Origin: an uncultured delta proteobacterium
GTDB taxonomy: Bacteria > Myxococcota > Myxococcia > Myxococcales > Anaeromyxobacteraceae
Length of the DNA stretch: 64,000 nucleotides
Direction: 5' to 3'
Assembly (NCBI GenBank): GCA_963814585.1
Contig: CAWFDF010000008.1
Location: forward strand, 416,001-480,000
The stretch's first letter is position 1. Each line of letters starts with the position of its first letter. The notes beneath the pieces were generated by a model that had not been told where the DNA came from, did not search any database, and was given only the letters and a program-made list of their open reading frames with translations. Shown piece after piece: positions 34,688 to 44,950 of this stretch. Position numbers and translations under genes: made by a program.

Positions 34688-35887
34688 CTACCTCGCTGGC
34701 GCCGCGGCGATGGCCGCGCCGAGCTTGTCCACCGCCTCGTCGGCCTCGGCGTCGGTCAGCGTCAGCGCCGGGGCCAGCCGGACCACCGACTCGCCGATGG
34801 AGTTGCAGAGCAGGCCCCCGTCGCGGGCCAGTCCCACCACCGCCGCGGCGTCGATCCCCTTCACCACCACGCCCAGCAGCAGGCCGCGGCCGCGCACCTC
34901 GACCACCCGGCCGCCGGCGCGCAGCCCCCCGAGCCTCTCGGCGAGGCGGGCACCGACCCGGACGGCGTGGGGGAGCACCTCGTGGATGAGCTGGAGCGTA
35001 CGGAGCGCCACGGCTGCGCCCAGCGCGTTGCCGCCGAAGGTCGAGGCGTGACTGCCCGGCGTGAGGTGGCGGCCCACCTCCTCGGAGGCCAGCAGCGCGC
35101 CCATGGGGTAGCCGTTGGCCAGCGCCTTGGCCGATGACATCAGGTCGGGCTCCACCCCGTCCCACTCGTGCCCCCACATCTTGCCGGTGCGCCCCATGCC
35201 GGACTGCACCTCGTCGAACAGCAGCAGCGCGCCCCGCTCGCGGGTCAGCGCGCGCGCCTTCCGGAGGTAGCCTGGGGGCGCTGCGAAGACTCCCGCCTCG
35301 CCCTGGATTGGCTCGACGATGAAGGCGGCGGTGGTGGCGGTCAGGGCCGCCTCCAGGGCGGCGACGTCGCCGAAGGGGACGTGGCGGACGCCCGGCACCA
35401 AGGGCTCGAAGCCATGGTGGTACTTGGGCTGGCCGGTGGCGGCCAGGGCGAACATGGTCCGCCCGTGAAAGGAGTCGTGGCAGGCGACGATCTCGTTCCG
35501 CTCCCCGTGGCCGAGGTCGGCGTGGTACTTGCGCGCCAGCTTGAGCATCGCCTCGTTCGACTCGGCGCCGCTGTTGCAGAGGAAGACGCGCTTGGCGAAG
35601 CTCGAGCTCCTCACCAGGGCCTCGCAGAGCTCGACCGCGCGCGGGTTGTAGAAGAGGTTGGAGACGTGCCAGAGCTCCCTGGCCTGCCGCTCGATGGTCT
35701 CGACCAGGGCCGGGTGGCAGTGACCCAGCGCGCAGGTGGCGATGCCGGCGATGGCGTCGAGGTACTCGCGCCCCTCGGCGTCCCACACCCGGCTGCCCTG
35801 GCCCCGCACCAGCACCACCGGCGCCTGCCGGTAGTTGGGGGTGAACACGGCCTGGGCGCGCTGGACGATCGAGTCGGTGAGCGTCAT
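34688..35887 (-). CDS. argD: Acetylornithine aminotransferase
   Basis: NSGAESNE, FHGRT, DEVQSGMGRTG, AKAL and HASTFGGN motifs. Confidence 0.93.
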   Translation of the reverse strand: MTLTDSIVQRAQAVFTPNYRQAPVVLVRGQGSRVWDAEGREYLDAIAGIATCALGHCHPALVETIERQARELWHVSNLFYNPRAVELCEALVRSSSFAKRVFLCNSGAESNEAMLKLARKYHADLGHGERNEIVACHDSFHGRTMFALAATGQPKYHHGFEPLVPGVRHVPFGDVAALEAALTATTAAFIVEPIQGEAGVFAAPPGYLRKARALTRERGALLLFDEVQSGMGRTGKMWGHEWDGVEPDLMSSAKALANGYPMGALLASEEVGRHLTPGSHASTFGGNALGAAVALRTLQLIHEVLPHAVRVGARLAERLGGLRAGGRVVEVRGRGLLLGVVVKGIDAAAVVGLARDGGLLCNSIGESVVRLAPALTLTDAEADEAVDKLGAAIAAAPAR

Positions 35888-35984
35888 TCCGAGCTTGTAT
35901 CAAGTGCGGGGCGTGCGATCCAGCCGCCGGCCGGAGCGGCGGGGCGGGACCGCGAGCCTCGCCCCGAGCCGCCCGCGGCGGCGG

Positions 35985-36911
35985 TCAAGGCTTGTGGGCG
36001 CGCGGGTGGGACTGGTCGTAGACGGTGGCCAGCCGCTTCCAGTCGAGGTGCGTGTAGCGCTGCGTGGTGGAGAGCGAGGCGTGTCCAAGCAGCTCCTGGA
36101 TGCCGCGCAGGTCGGCGCCGTTGGAGAGCAGGTCGGTGGCGAAGCAGTGGCGCAGCACGTGCGGGTGGACGTGACGCGCCAGGCCGATCGTCCTGACCCA
36201 GCCGTCGATGAGGCGAGCCACGGACCGGCTGGTCAACCGGCCACCCCGGTAGTTGAGGAAGAGGGCGTCGCCGGCGCCGCGCCCGACCGCCCGCGCCGCC
36301 AGTGCCGGTCTCGCCGTGGTGAGATAGCGGAGGATGGCCTGCCGCGCCGCCTGCCCGACCGGGACGACCCGCTCCTTGCTCCGCTTCCCGAGCACGCGGA
36401 CCAGCCCCTGGGCCAGGTCGATTCCGTCGACGTCGAGGCCGGTCAGCTCGGAGACGCGGAGGCCGGAGGCGTACAGCAGCTCCATGAAGGCGCGGTCACG
36501 CAGGTGGAGCGGTGCGTCGTCGGTGCCGGGGGCCTCGACCAGGGCGGCGGTCTCCTCCTCTGGGAGCACCTCGGGGAGACGCCTGGGCGCCTTGGGTGTG
36601 GCGACCGAGCGCGCCGGGTTGGCCTCGGCCAGGCCTTCCTTCACCAGGTAGCGGTAGAAGGAGCGGATGGCGGAGAGCTTCCGGCCCAGCGACACGGGCC
36701 CGGCTTCTGCGGCTGCGGCGGCGATGAACCCTCGGACCATGGCCGGGGACGAGGGGACGAGGGGCTCATGCTGCTCGGCGAGATAGGTGGCGTACTGGGC
36801 CAGGTCGGCGAGGTAGGCCTTGAGCGTGTGAGGCGAGGCGCGACGCTCCACGCGCAGGTACGCCTCGAAGCGCCGGACCTCGGGTGGCAGCGTCGCTGCG
36901 TGGGCGGCCAT
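35985..36911 (-). CDS. xerC: Tyrosine recombinase XerC
   Basis: LYASGLRVSEL, HVLRH, LLGH and TQRYTH catalytic residues; located downstream of trmFO. Confidence 0.88.
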   Translation of the reverse strand: MAAHAATLPPEVRRFEAYLRVERRASPHTLKAYLADLAQYATYLAEQHEPLVPSSPAMVRGFIAAAAAEAGPVSLGRKLSAIRSFYRYLVKEGLAEANPARSVATPKAPRRLPEVLPEEETAALVEAPGTDDAPLHLRDRAFMELLYASGLRVSELTGLDVDGIDLAQGLVRVLGKRSKERVVPVGQAARQAILRYLTTARPALAARAVGRGAGDALFLNYRGGRLTSRSVARLIDGWVRTIGLARHVHPHVLRHCFATDLLSNGADLRGIQELLGHASLSTTQRYTHLDWKRLATVYDQSHPRAHKP

Positions 36912-37207
36912 GTTGGATGGGTACCATCCGTGGGCCGGCGCGGCGAGTTTCGAGTTCCCGTCCGGGCGTTCCCGTCCGAGAGTAGTTCGGCTCCCCGTGG
37001 CGGTCATGAAGCGGATGGGCTCACCTGGGGCGTGCCAGGCGGTGGCGCGGACGCCCTGAGGAGGCGACCAGGCCAGGAGATCGGCATCGTCGGGGAGTTC
37101 CGGGGGCCGGCTGAAGCTCGAAGTGGGGGCGGGAGGCGAGGATTCGCCGAGGCGAGGCAGCGCACTCGCGGGGGTCATCGAGGGGGAGGAGTGGCGCGGG
37201 TGCCGGC

Positions 37208-38110
37208 TCAGCCGGGGGCGGCGCAGGTGGCGCCGTGGAGGACGCGCATCAGGTAGGTGCCGTGGGGGAAGACCACGGAAGCGGCGCGCTCCCGCCAGCG
37301 CTGGAAGGCGCGGCGGTAGTCCCGAAGGAAGGCCACAAGCTGCTGCAGCGCCTGGATGCGCTTCTCGGGGTCACGGCAGGCGATGCGCGGGTTGAGCCCC
37401 CGCCGGGGTTCGGAGCGGGGCGGCGTCCCGAACGGCGACTGGGCCTGCACGCGCCGGACGCCGAGGAACTCGCGGTGGGCCGTGGCCAGGTCCGCCGCCG
37501 CCTGCCTCTCGATGGCCTGGAGCGCGGAGACCACCTCCCGGCGGAAGTCCTCCACCGAGCCGAGCCCCGGGGGCGTCACGAGTCGGAGCCTGGCCACGCC
37601 GGGGAGCGCGGTCTTCCCCTTCTTCCTGAAGAACCAGCCGGGGCGCCTGAACTCGATGGCCGCGGCGCCCAGCTGCGCCGGGGCGGACCACAGCCCTGGC
37701 CAGAGCCGCCCGCGCCGGACCAGGCCGGCCGCGACCGGATTGGCGAGCACGTAGGCGACCTTGCCGAGGATGTCCGCCGGGGTCTGCAGCGCCACCACGC
37801 TGGATCTCGACGGCGCCCAGAAGCTCTCCGACCTGCCCAGCCGAGGGTTCATGGCTCGGGCCACCAGGGAGTCGAGGTACCGGGTGAAGGCGGGGAGCCG
37901 AGCCTCGGGATCGGTGACGACAAGGTGAACGTGATTGGACATCACGCAGACGGCGTGGACGTCGACGTGGAAGCGCTCGGCGGCGACCGCGAGGAGGTAG
38001 CCGAACAGCTGGGTGGTGTCCTGACAGGGCCGCAGCAGGAACTGTCGCTGCGTGCAGCGGCGCGAGACGAGGTAGGAACCTCCCGGAAGGATCTGGCGCG
38101 GCGCGGTCAT
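37208..38110 (-). mobile_element. REP-associated tyrosine transposase (RAYT/TnpA-REP-like Y1 HUH enzyme)
   Basis: SRRC N-terminal motif, MSNHVHLVV (HUH), YVLANPVAAGLV catalytic Tyr helix; no tnpB. Confidence 0.85.
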
Positions 38111-38125
38111 GGCCCAGGCTGAATC

Positions 38126-38140
38126 GCACGCCCCGTGCCA
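38126..38140 (-). promoter_or_regulatory. Sigma54-like -24/-12 site upstream of the RAYT gene
   Basis: Minus strand TGGCACG-GGGC-GTGC with exact GG-N10-GC spacing, 15 bp from the ATG. Confidence 0.45.
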
Positions 38141-38223
38141 CCCACCTCACCACCGGATTCCAGCCACTTGCGCCCACCCCGGGCCCCTGCCCAGGTCCGC
38201 CCCCCGTCCCCTGGTCCGCCAAA

Positions 38224-39819
38224 CTACTCTGGGTCGGGGCGGGGAGGAATCACTGCGACGTAGGCGCCCGCCCGGTTCGGCTGGACCACCGCAAAGGCGA
38301 CCCGCCTCGAATCGGGGCCGAGAAACCGAATGCTCCCCGGCAAGGCGCCGCGATCCACTTGAGCCAGCTTCCCGTCGCGCCAGACGCCGAAGTCCAGCGC
38401 CACCAGATCTGGCCGCTGCCAGGTCAAGAGCAGCCGCCCCGGGTCTCGCGGGTCGAACTCGAAGCTCTTCACGCCGCGAGCGACCGTCTCCGGCTTCGCC
38501 TCTACCCCACTCGTCGAGGCCCGCTCCAGGTCGCAGGCGTCGCCATTTCGCGTGCAGCGCGCCCGGTAGTAGAGCCAGTGGCCATCGGGCGAGTACGAGA
38601 AGCCGAAGACGCCGCGGGCCACCCTCCTCGCCTCGCCCGAGGCCTCGCCGGCCCACAGGTCGACCGAGTAACCCCCGTCGACGGTGTGTCGCAGGAAGGC
38701 CACCCGGGCACCGTCCGCCGAGAGCTCGAAGTCCGTCACGTTCTTCCCGAACGTGCGAGGGGCCTGGCCCGGTCCGCCCACGCCAAGCACGCCAGCCCGA
38801 CCGCGCGGATCGTACTGCTCGAGCCACGCCAGCCGCGGCGCCGCCGCGGCCCAGCGATGCTCGCCCACCTCCCGGCCGAGGCGCTGCGGCACGCCACCGG
38901 GGGTGGCCACGAAGAGGTCGCCCTGCCTCCCGGGCGCCGCGTCGGAGATCCAGGCCAGCGCGACCCCATCCGAGGCGAAGCCGAAGGTGCGGGCGCCCCC
39001 GGCCACCCTCACGGGTCTTCCGGCCAGACCGGCCGCGAGGAAGAGCTCGGTGCCCCGCTGGCCCGTGACCGAGTAGGCGAGGGCCTTCCCTCCAGGCGCC
39101 AGGCTGAAGTCGGTCGTCTCCTCGGCAATCGGTCGCTCTCCGCCGCCGAGGCGAGCCAGATCGAGCCCGAAGAGCGCCCCCCGCTTCGCGCCCTGCGTCC
39201 GGCCCAGCCCCACCACCGATCCGCCTGGCCCCTTCCGGAGCTCGAAGCTCCCGAAGCCGCTCGCAGCGTGTTCGCCCAGCAGGACGCCATCGGGGCCGAC
39301 CACCCGGAAGCGGCCCCCGGCCACGGCCGCGATCGCCCCACCGCCTCCCGGCACGAAGCCGTGGAACGTGACGCCCGTGGCCACCTCCCTGGCGACCCCC
39401 TCGCGCACCAGGACCAGCGACCCCGCCCCACTCTCGAAGTCATAGCTGGACAGCGCCGCCAACGTGCTCCCCTCGGGTGCGAAGACCGCGCCATGGGACA
39501 AGGAGGGCACGCCTCGCGCCACCAGCCTTGGCTCTCCGCCGGCCGTGGGGAGCACCTTCAGGTCGCACGTCGCCGTCCCCAGCGGCAGGAACCGTCCCTT
39601 CACCTCGACGCACCCGTCGAGCATCGCCAGCCACTCCCCATCGGCCGACGCCAGCAGCGACTTCACCGGGCCGGCCGCCAGCCGGCGTCCCATCCCGGCC
39701 TGCTCCGCCGACCCGCCGCCTCGGCAAGCCGCCAGCCCACACGCCAGGGCCACCGCCGCCGCTGCGGCGCGGCGCGCCAGGCCAGGCCCCGCCCTGCGCT
39801 TCCCGGTCAGGATATCCAC
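38224..39819 (-). CDS. WD40/TolB-like beta-propeller lipoprotein (AglU-like)
   Basis: Lipobox LAAC; repeated F-S-x-DG-x2-LA(F/Y/W) blades; directly downstream of trmFO (gid), as aglU is in Myxococcus; start uncertain. Confidence 0.7.
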   Translation of the reverse strand: MDILTGKRRAGPGLARRAAAAAVALACGLAACRGGGSAEQAGMGRRLAAGPVKSLLASADGEWLAMLDGCVEVKGRFLPLGTATCDLKVLPTAGGEPRLVARGVPSLSHGAVFAPEGSTLAALSSYDFESGAGSLVLVREGVAREVATGVTFHGFVPGGGGAIAAVAGGRFRVVGPDGVLLGEHAASGFGSFELRKGPGGSVVGLGRTQGAKRGALFGLDLARLGGGERPIAEETTDFSLAPGGKALAYSVTGQRGTELFLAAGLAGRPVRVAGGARTFGFASDGVALAWISDAAPGRQGDLFVATPGGVPQRLGREVGEHRWAAAAPRLAWLEQYDPRGRAGVLGVGGPGQAPRTFGKNVTDFELSADGARVAFLRHTVDGGYSVDLWAGEASGEARRVARGVFGFSYSPDGHWLYYRARCTRNGDACDLERASTSGVEAKPETVARGVKSFEFDPRDPGRLLLTWQRPDLVALDFGVWRDGKLAQVDRGALPGSIRFLGPDSRRVAFAVVQPNRAGAYVAVIPPRPDPE

Positions 39820-41123
39820 GCGCCCAGCTCCTTTCGCGCCCGCTCCACGTGCGCCATCTTGCGCCCTTCCTTGCCACCGCGCACCCGTCCCGGGAGCGGC
39901 GGGAAGAGCGCGAAGATCACGTTGCTCGGCTGGTGCTCGTGGCCGGGGGGGTGGGCCTCGCCCGTCAGGTGGCGATGCAGCCCACCCAGCGCCGTGGCCG
40001 CAGGGGGCGCCTGGAAGGGCCGCCCGGCCAGTCGGTCCAGGATGGCCCTGGCCGCCAGATGGCCGCAGGCCGCCGACTCGACGTACCCCTCGACGCCGGT
40101 GATCTGCCCGGCCAGGAAGAGGTGCGGGCGGGCCCGCACCGAGAGGTCCGGGGCCAGCACCCGCGGCGAGTCGACGAAGGTGTTGCGGTGGATCTGCCCG
40201 AGCCGAAGGAACTCGGCCCTGGCCAGTCCCGGCAGGGTCCGGAAGATGCGCCGCTGCTCGGGCCAGGTGAGCCTGGTCTGGAAGCCGACCAGGTTCCACG
40301 CCGTCCCCGCCAGATCCTCGCGCCGCAGCTGGGCGACCGCGTGCCACCGCCGCCCGCTGCGCGGGTCCTCGAGACCCACCGGCTTGAGCGGCCCGTGGGC
40401 CAGGACCTCCCGGCCGCGCTCGGCCATCACCTCGATGGGAAGGCACCCGTCGAAGTAGCGAGGCTCCTCGAAGCCGTGAGGCGTCACCTTCTCCCCAGCC
40501 AGCAGCGCGTCGACGAACGCGTGGTACTGGCCCTCGTCGAGCGGCAGGTTGAGGTAGTCGGCGCCGCCCCCCTTGTCATAGCGGGAGCGCGCGAAGGCGA
40601 TCGACATGTCGATCGACTCGGCGGAGACGATCGGCGCGATGGCGTCGTAGAAGGAGAGCCGCCCCCCGCAGATCCCCTGGAGCTCGGTGGCCAGCGCATC
40701 GCCGGTGAGCGGCCCGGTCGCCACCAGCACCGGCCCCGGGCCCTGTGGCAAGACCTCCACCTCGCCGGCGTGGAGCCGGATCTCGGGCCGACCCGCCAGC
40801 CGCTCCGCGACGTCCCGGCTGAACCGCTCCCGATCGACCGCAAGCGCGTCACCTGCCGGCACCCTGGTCTGGTCGGCTGCCGCCAGCACCACGCTGTCGA
40901 GCCTGCGGAGCTCCTCGTGCAGCAGGCCGACCGCGTTGTGCGGGTTGTCGGAGCGGAGCGAGTTCGAGCAGACCAGCTCGCAGGGCCCGTCGAGAAGGTG
41001 GGCGGGTGAGCGGCGAACCGGCTTCATCTCCCACAGGTCCACGCCCACGCCGGCGCGGGCCAGCCTGTAGGCCGCCTCGCAGCCCGCCAGCCCCGCGCCG
41101 ATGATCTTCACCCGCTGCGTCAT
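39807..41123 (-). CDS. trmFO: tRNA m5U54 methyltransferase TrmFO (Gid)
   Basis: [30 protein letters not shown] and [10 protein letters not shown] motifs. Confidence 0.96.
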   Translation of the reverse strand: MTQRVKIIGAGLAGCEAAYRLARAGVGVDLWEMKPVRRSPAHLLDGPCELVCSNSLRSDNPHNAVGLLHEELRRLDSVVLAAADQTRVPAGDALAVDRERFSRDVAERLAGRPEIRLHAGEVEVLPQGPGPVLVATGPLTGDALATELQGICGGRLSFYDAIAPIVSAESIDMSIAFARSRYDKGGGADYLNLPLDEGQYHAFVDALLAGEKVTPHGFEEPRYFDGCLPIEVMAERGREVLAHGPLKPVGLEDPRSGRRWHAVAQLRREDLAGTAWNLVGFQTRLTWPEQRRIFRTLPGLARAEFLRLGQIHRNTFVDSPRVLAPDLSVRARPHLFLAGQITGVEGYVESAACGHLAARAILDRLAGRPFQAPPAATALGGLHRHLTGEAHPPGHEHQPSNVIFALFPPLPGRVRGGKEGRKMAHVERARKELGAWIS

Positions 41124-41218
41124 GCCGTCACGTCCCCTGGTCTCGGCCCGGACCGACCCACCGGGGTCTCTCGCTCGCGCCGCCCGGGGTATACGCTTGG
41201 ACCGAAAGGGGGCGCAAC

Positions 41219-41587
41219 GTGACCAAGAGCAAGCAGCTGAAGGCCAGGATGGAGCTGGAGCGCCGTCGCGCCGCGGTCATCCAGGCCAGCCGCCGAGCCG
41301 AGGCCGAGCTGGACGGCCTCCGCTCGGCGGAGCGAGGGCACGAGTTCGAGGAGGCGGCCCAGGCCGAGCAGGGCGCCGCCGACCTCGAGCGGCTCAACGA
41401 GGCGGAGCGGCTGGAGCTGCGCCGCATCGAGGCCGCGCTGGCGCGCATCGACGAGGGACGCTGGGGCGAGTGCGCCGAGTGCGGACGGGCCATCGAGGCC
41501 AGGCGCCTGGAGGCGCTCCCCTGGGCCATCCGCTGCGCCGGGTGCGCCGAATCGAAGGACCGCGCCACCAGGAACGGCGCGGCGTGA
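41219..41587 (+). CDS. TraR/DksA C4 zinc-finger protein
   Basis: [20 protein letters not shown]...[14 protein letters not shown]. Confidence 0.9.
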   Translation: MTKSKQLKARMELERRRAAVIQASRRAEAELDGLRSAERGHEFEEAAQAEQGAADLERLNEAERLELRRIEAALARIDEGRWGECAECGRAIEARRLEALPWAIRCAGCAESKDRATRNGAA

Positions 41588-41641
41588 CCGGAGCTCACCG
41601 GGCCTGGTCAGGGACCCCGCGCCGTCGGGGCCGCGCCGCGA

Positions 41642-42226
41642 CTACTCGTTCTTCATCACCATGAACTTGTACTCGCCCAGCTCGGCCTGGCCGGCCGTGT
41701 AGAGGACCTCCATCAGCGTCCGGTAGGTGATCTTCCGATCGGCGATGACGTTGAGCCGCCCGCTGATCGGGGCGTTCTTGTTGTACTGGGCGATGTACTT
41801 CTGCTTGTCGACCTCCTTCTTGAGGGCGTCGTAGACGGCCCCGACGTAGAAGGCCTCGCCCTTCCCACCCTCCTTGTAGGCCGGTGGGATCACCCCGCCC
41901 TTCATCGCCACCACCCTGCGATCGCCCACCGCCACCTCGTCCATCGAGACGGTGATGGAGATGTTCTCCTGCGGCGCCAGCTGGGTCGACGAGACCGGGA
42001 TGGTCAGCTCCTCGCCCATGTTCACGCTGAGCGTGGAGGCCTGGTAGGACTTGAGCAGGAACACCAGCAGGATGGTCATCATGTCCATCATGGCGACGAT
42101 GTTCAGCTCCTTGATCTCGCCGGCACGCTCGCGCGCCCTCCGCTTGGCGCGACGCTCGTTGCGGACCTGCCGCTCCCTCGAGGCGGCCGCCTGCTCGCTC
42201 CCGCGGGTGGACTCGGGGCCGGTCAC
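41642..42226 (-). CDS. ExbD/TolR family protein (AglS-like)
   Basis: LNIVAMMDMMTILLVFLL TM segment with the conserved Asp. Confidence 0.88.
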   Translation of the reverse strand: MTGPESTRGSEQAAASRERQVRNERRAKRRARERAGEIKELNIVAMMDMMTILLVFLLKSYQASTLSVNMGEELTIPVSSTQLAPQENISITVSMDEVAVGDRRVVAMKGGVIPPAYKEGGKGEAFYVGAVYDALKKEVDKQKYIAQYNKNAPISGRLNVIADRKITYRTLMEVLYTAGQAELGEYKFMVMKNE

Positions 42227-42229
42227 GGC

Positions 42230-42763
42230 TCAGCCGATCACCGACAGCGAGACGTCGAAGAACAACGCCTTCCGCTCGGACGTGCCGTCGGGGAACTTCA
42301 CCACCAGCTCCCGGCAGGCGTCCATGGTCTTGATGAGGACGTCATAGACGACCGAGCCGTCGGCGGTGAGGATCACCTGGGTCTCGCTGGGAAACCGCTC
42401 CTTGATGGCCGACAGCTGCGCCGAGAGGGCGGCGAAGTCGTACGCTCCGTCATCGCGGAGCGGGATGGTCGGGGGTCGCGTCAGATCGGGGGCGCCTGAG
42501 GGGCCCAGCACGCCGCCGGCGCCCGCGACGTAGAACCCCTGCTTCCCGACGGCCACCGTGAGCAGCAGCCTGGGACCGGCCTCCTGCGCCGCGGCCACGC
42601 TCCCCTCCCCGCCGATGCGGGGCGCCGAGACGTTGAGCACCCCGAGCGTGATCAACCCGGTCATGCTGAGCAGCATGAACATGACCAGGTTCACGACCAC
42701 GTCGAGGTAGGGGACGATGTTGAGCTCGCCCGTGTGCTCGTCTTCACGGATGCGCCGGCGCAT
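42230..42763 (-). CDS. ExbD/TolR family protein (AglQ-like)
   Basis: ELNIVPYLDVVVNLVMFML TM segment with the conserved Asp. Confidence 0.88.
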   Translation of the reverse strand: MRRRIREDEHTGELNIVPYLDVVVNLVMFMLLSMTGLITLGVLNVSAPRIGGEGSVAAAQEAGPRLLLTVAVGKQGFYVAGAGGVLGPSGAPDLTRPPTIPLRDDGAYDFAALSAQLSAIKERFPSETQVILTADGSVVYDVLIKTMDACRELVVKFPDGTSERKALFFDVSLSVIG

Positions 42764-42802
42764 CGGAGCCCCTTCCCTGGCAGCGCGGGTTCGACGGCGC
42801 CG

Positions 42803-43465
42803 CTAGGCGCCCGCCGACTCGAGCGGGTTGGTCTCACCGGCGCCCCGGCGGCTCAGCAGGTTCTCGAGCTTGAGCGCGCTGTACTCGATCTCCTCGACCA
42901 TGGCCTTGGCCTTGGAGCTCAGCAGCAGGTGGGCCACGATGCAGACCACCGCGATGGTCAGCCCGAAGGCGGTGTTGTTCATGGCCTCGGAGATGCCCCT
43001 CGAGAGCATCACCTGCTTCATCTCCGGGCTGGCGGCGCCCAGCGACTTGAAGGTGCCGATCAGGCCGGTGATGGTGCCGATCAGGCCGACCAGGGTGGCC
43101 ACGTTGGCGAGCGACCAGAGCGGCTGGATGCGCTTGCTGACCTGCGGGGTCACCTCGAGCACCGCCTCCTCGAGCGCCCGGGCCACCTCCTGCTCTCCGC
43201 GGTTGGCGCGGGAGAGGCCCGCCTTGACCACCCTGGCCAGCGCGGCGTTGGGAGCGGCGGCGCAGAGCTTCACGGCGCGGTCGACGTTGCCGGCGAGGAC
43301 CAGCTTCTGGACCTGCTCCATGAAGGGGGGCGCGTTCAGGTTGAGCCGGAACGCCAGCACCACGACCCGCTCGACGACGATGGCGACCGCCACGGCGCTG
43401 GTGACGACGTTCACGAACATGAACGGACCGCCCTCCTTGAAGAACTCGGCCAGCGTCTGGATCAT
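42803..43465 (-). CDS. MotA/TolQ/ExbB proton channel protein (AglR-like)
   Basis: ATLVGLIGTITGLI and GISEAMNNTAFGL motifs. Confidence 0.9.
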   Translation of the reverse strand: MIQTLAEFFKEGGPFMFVNVVTSAVAVAIVVERVVVLAFRLNLNAPPFMEQVQKLVLAGNVDRAVKLCAAAPNAALARVVKAGLSRANRGEQEVARALEEAVLEVTPQVSKRIQPLWSLANVATLVGLIGTITGLIGTFKSLGAASPEMKQVMLSRGISEAMNNTAFGLTIAVVCIVAHLLLSSKAKAMVEEIEYSALKLENLLSRRGAGETNPLESAGA

Positions 43466-43538
43466 CTCTGCCTCATGGGGACGGGAGGGGGGAAGGCGCG
43501 CACCCGATGCAGCCTTGTTGGCGAATAGACAGGGGAAT

Positions 43539-43568
43539 TCCCTATCAGCAGCCCGCTCGGGGTGTCAA
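43539..43568 (-). promoter_or_regulatory. Possible sigma70 promoter of the motA/exbD operon
   Basis: TTGACA followed about 18 bp later by TG-n-TAGGGA in a locally AT-richer patch. Confidence 0.35.
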
Positions 43569-44950
43569 GCGACCACCCGCCTCAGCACCTGCGCCAGCGG
43601 GCTCCAGGCGGCTGCCACCGCGTCGCGCCACGGGAGCCTCCCGGCCTCCACCTCGTCGAGCTGGGACTCCAGGCCGGCGGTGTACTCGGCGTCGAGCGTC
43701 CGAGGGAAGGTCCGGTCGAGCCACGCCACCACCCGATGGCCCAGCGGCGTCACCTGCAGCGCTCCGCCCCTGCGGGAGAGATACCCGCGCGCCTCGAGGC
43801 TCTCGCCGACGGCCGCCAGCGTGGACGGGCGCCCGACGCCGCGAGCGGCCAGCATGCCCAGCAGCGCCGCGTCGTCCAGCTGGTCCGGGCGGTGACGCCG
43901 TGCCGCGCGAGGTCCCACTGGCAGGCGGCGCCAGCCGTCCGGCGCCATCCGCGACTCGAGGTACCGATCCCAGATCAACCGGTAGAGCCTCGGCAGATCG
44001 CGACCGCCTGCGGCGCGCAGCGCCCCGAGGGCCCGCTCGGGTGGCCAGCCCAGCGCCGCCGGCCGGAGCGCCTCCTGTCCGGGGGCAGGCCCACCCGCGC
44101 GCTCGGCGGCGGCCACCGCGGACTGGCCGTGGAGCGCCGCCACCAGCGCCCTGGCCGCGCGATCGGCGTCCGGCGCGACCCAGCACGAGCCCGTCCGCGG
44201 ATAGGTGAGCAGCCCGGTCCGGCCCCCGTCGCCCATCTCCACCCCCTCGTAGAGCTGCTGGGCCAGCGCCATGGCCCGGCGTGGCCGGAGGCGGAGCTGC
44301 CCGGCCGCGGCCTGGAGCAGCGTCTCCGTGCTGAAGGGCGGCGGCGGTGCGGCGGTGCCGGCGGGAGGAGGTGGCCCACCCGGCTCGGACGGCCTCCACG
44401 CCGCTGCCAGCCGGAGCGCGGCGGCCTGGACCCGCCCGGCGGTGAGACCGGGCCGGAGCGCGGACGAGAGCCTCGCGCTGAGACGGAAGCCGATGAGCCG
44501 ATCGACCACCCGGCGAGCCTGCTGCGCCTCGGAGCGCGGCCGATCGAGCGCGACGGGATGGGCCAGGGCCTGGGCCGTGGCCTCCGGCGTCAGCTCGCCG
44601 AGCAGGACCCTCACCACGCGGGACGAACCGCCTTCGGCGCCCAGCTCGGCCGCCAGCTGCCAGGCGATGCCCTCCCCTTCCCGGTCCGGATCGGTGGCGA
44701 GCAGCACCCGCTCGGCGCCCCGGGCGGCACGCTTCAGCTCGCTGAGGGTTCGCGCCCGGCCGCGGATCACCTCCCAGGTCGGCTCGTAGCCGTTGGCGAG
44801 GTCGACCCCCTCCCGGCTCCGCGGCAGGTCGAGCAGGTGGCCACCCGTCGCCCGCACGTCCCAGCCTGGACCGAGCCACCGCCGCAGTGTCAAGGCCTTG
44901 GCCGGCGACTCGACCACCAGCAGCCTGGCAGGCGCGCGACGGGCGGTCAC
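43565..44950 (-). CDS. Compact type IA DNA topoisomerase (TopA-like, 461 aa)
   Basis: VVESPAKA, ATDPDREGE, AGRVQ, LLTYPRT and GVGRPST motifs; domain II and Zn ribbons absent; coupled to dprA. Confidence 0.85.
   Translation of the reverse strand: MTARRAPARLLVVESPAKALTLRRWLGPGWDVRATGGHLLDLPRSREGVDLANGYEPTWEVIRGRARTLSELKRAARGAERVLLATDPDREGEGIAWQLAAELGAEGGSSRVVRVLLGELTPEATAQALAHPVALDRPRSEAQQARRVVDRLIGFRLSARLSSALRPGLTAGRVQAAALRLAAAWRPSEPGGPPPPAGTAAPPPPFSTETLLQAAAGQLRLRPRRAMALAQQLYEGVEMGDGGRTGLLTYPRTGSCWVAPDADRAARALVAALHGQSAVAAAERAGGPAPGQEALRPAALGWPPERALGALRAAGGRDLPRLYRLIWDRYLESRMAPDGWRRLPVGPRAARRHRPDQLDDAALLGMLAARGVGRPSTLAAVGESLEARGYLSRRGGALQVTPLGHRVVAWLDRTFPRTLDAEYTAGLESQLDEVEAGRLPWRDAVAAAWSPLAQVLRRVVA

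Noticed and set aside
35985..36911. Tyrosine recombinase as a prophage or island integrase
   Set aside because: Its size, motifs and position downstream of trmFO fit housekeeping XerC; no phage genes are nearby
37208..38110. IS200/IS605 element with TnpB or an RNA-guided nuclease
   Set aside because: There is no tnpB/iscB ORF; length and motifs fit a stand-alone RAYT
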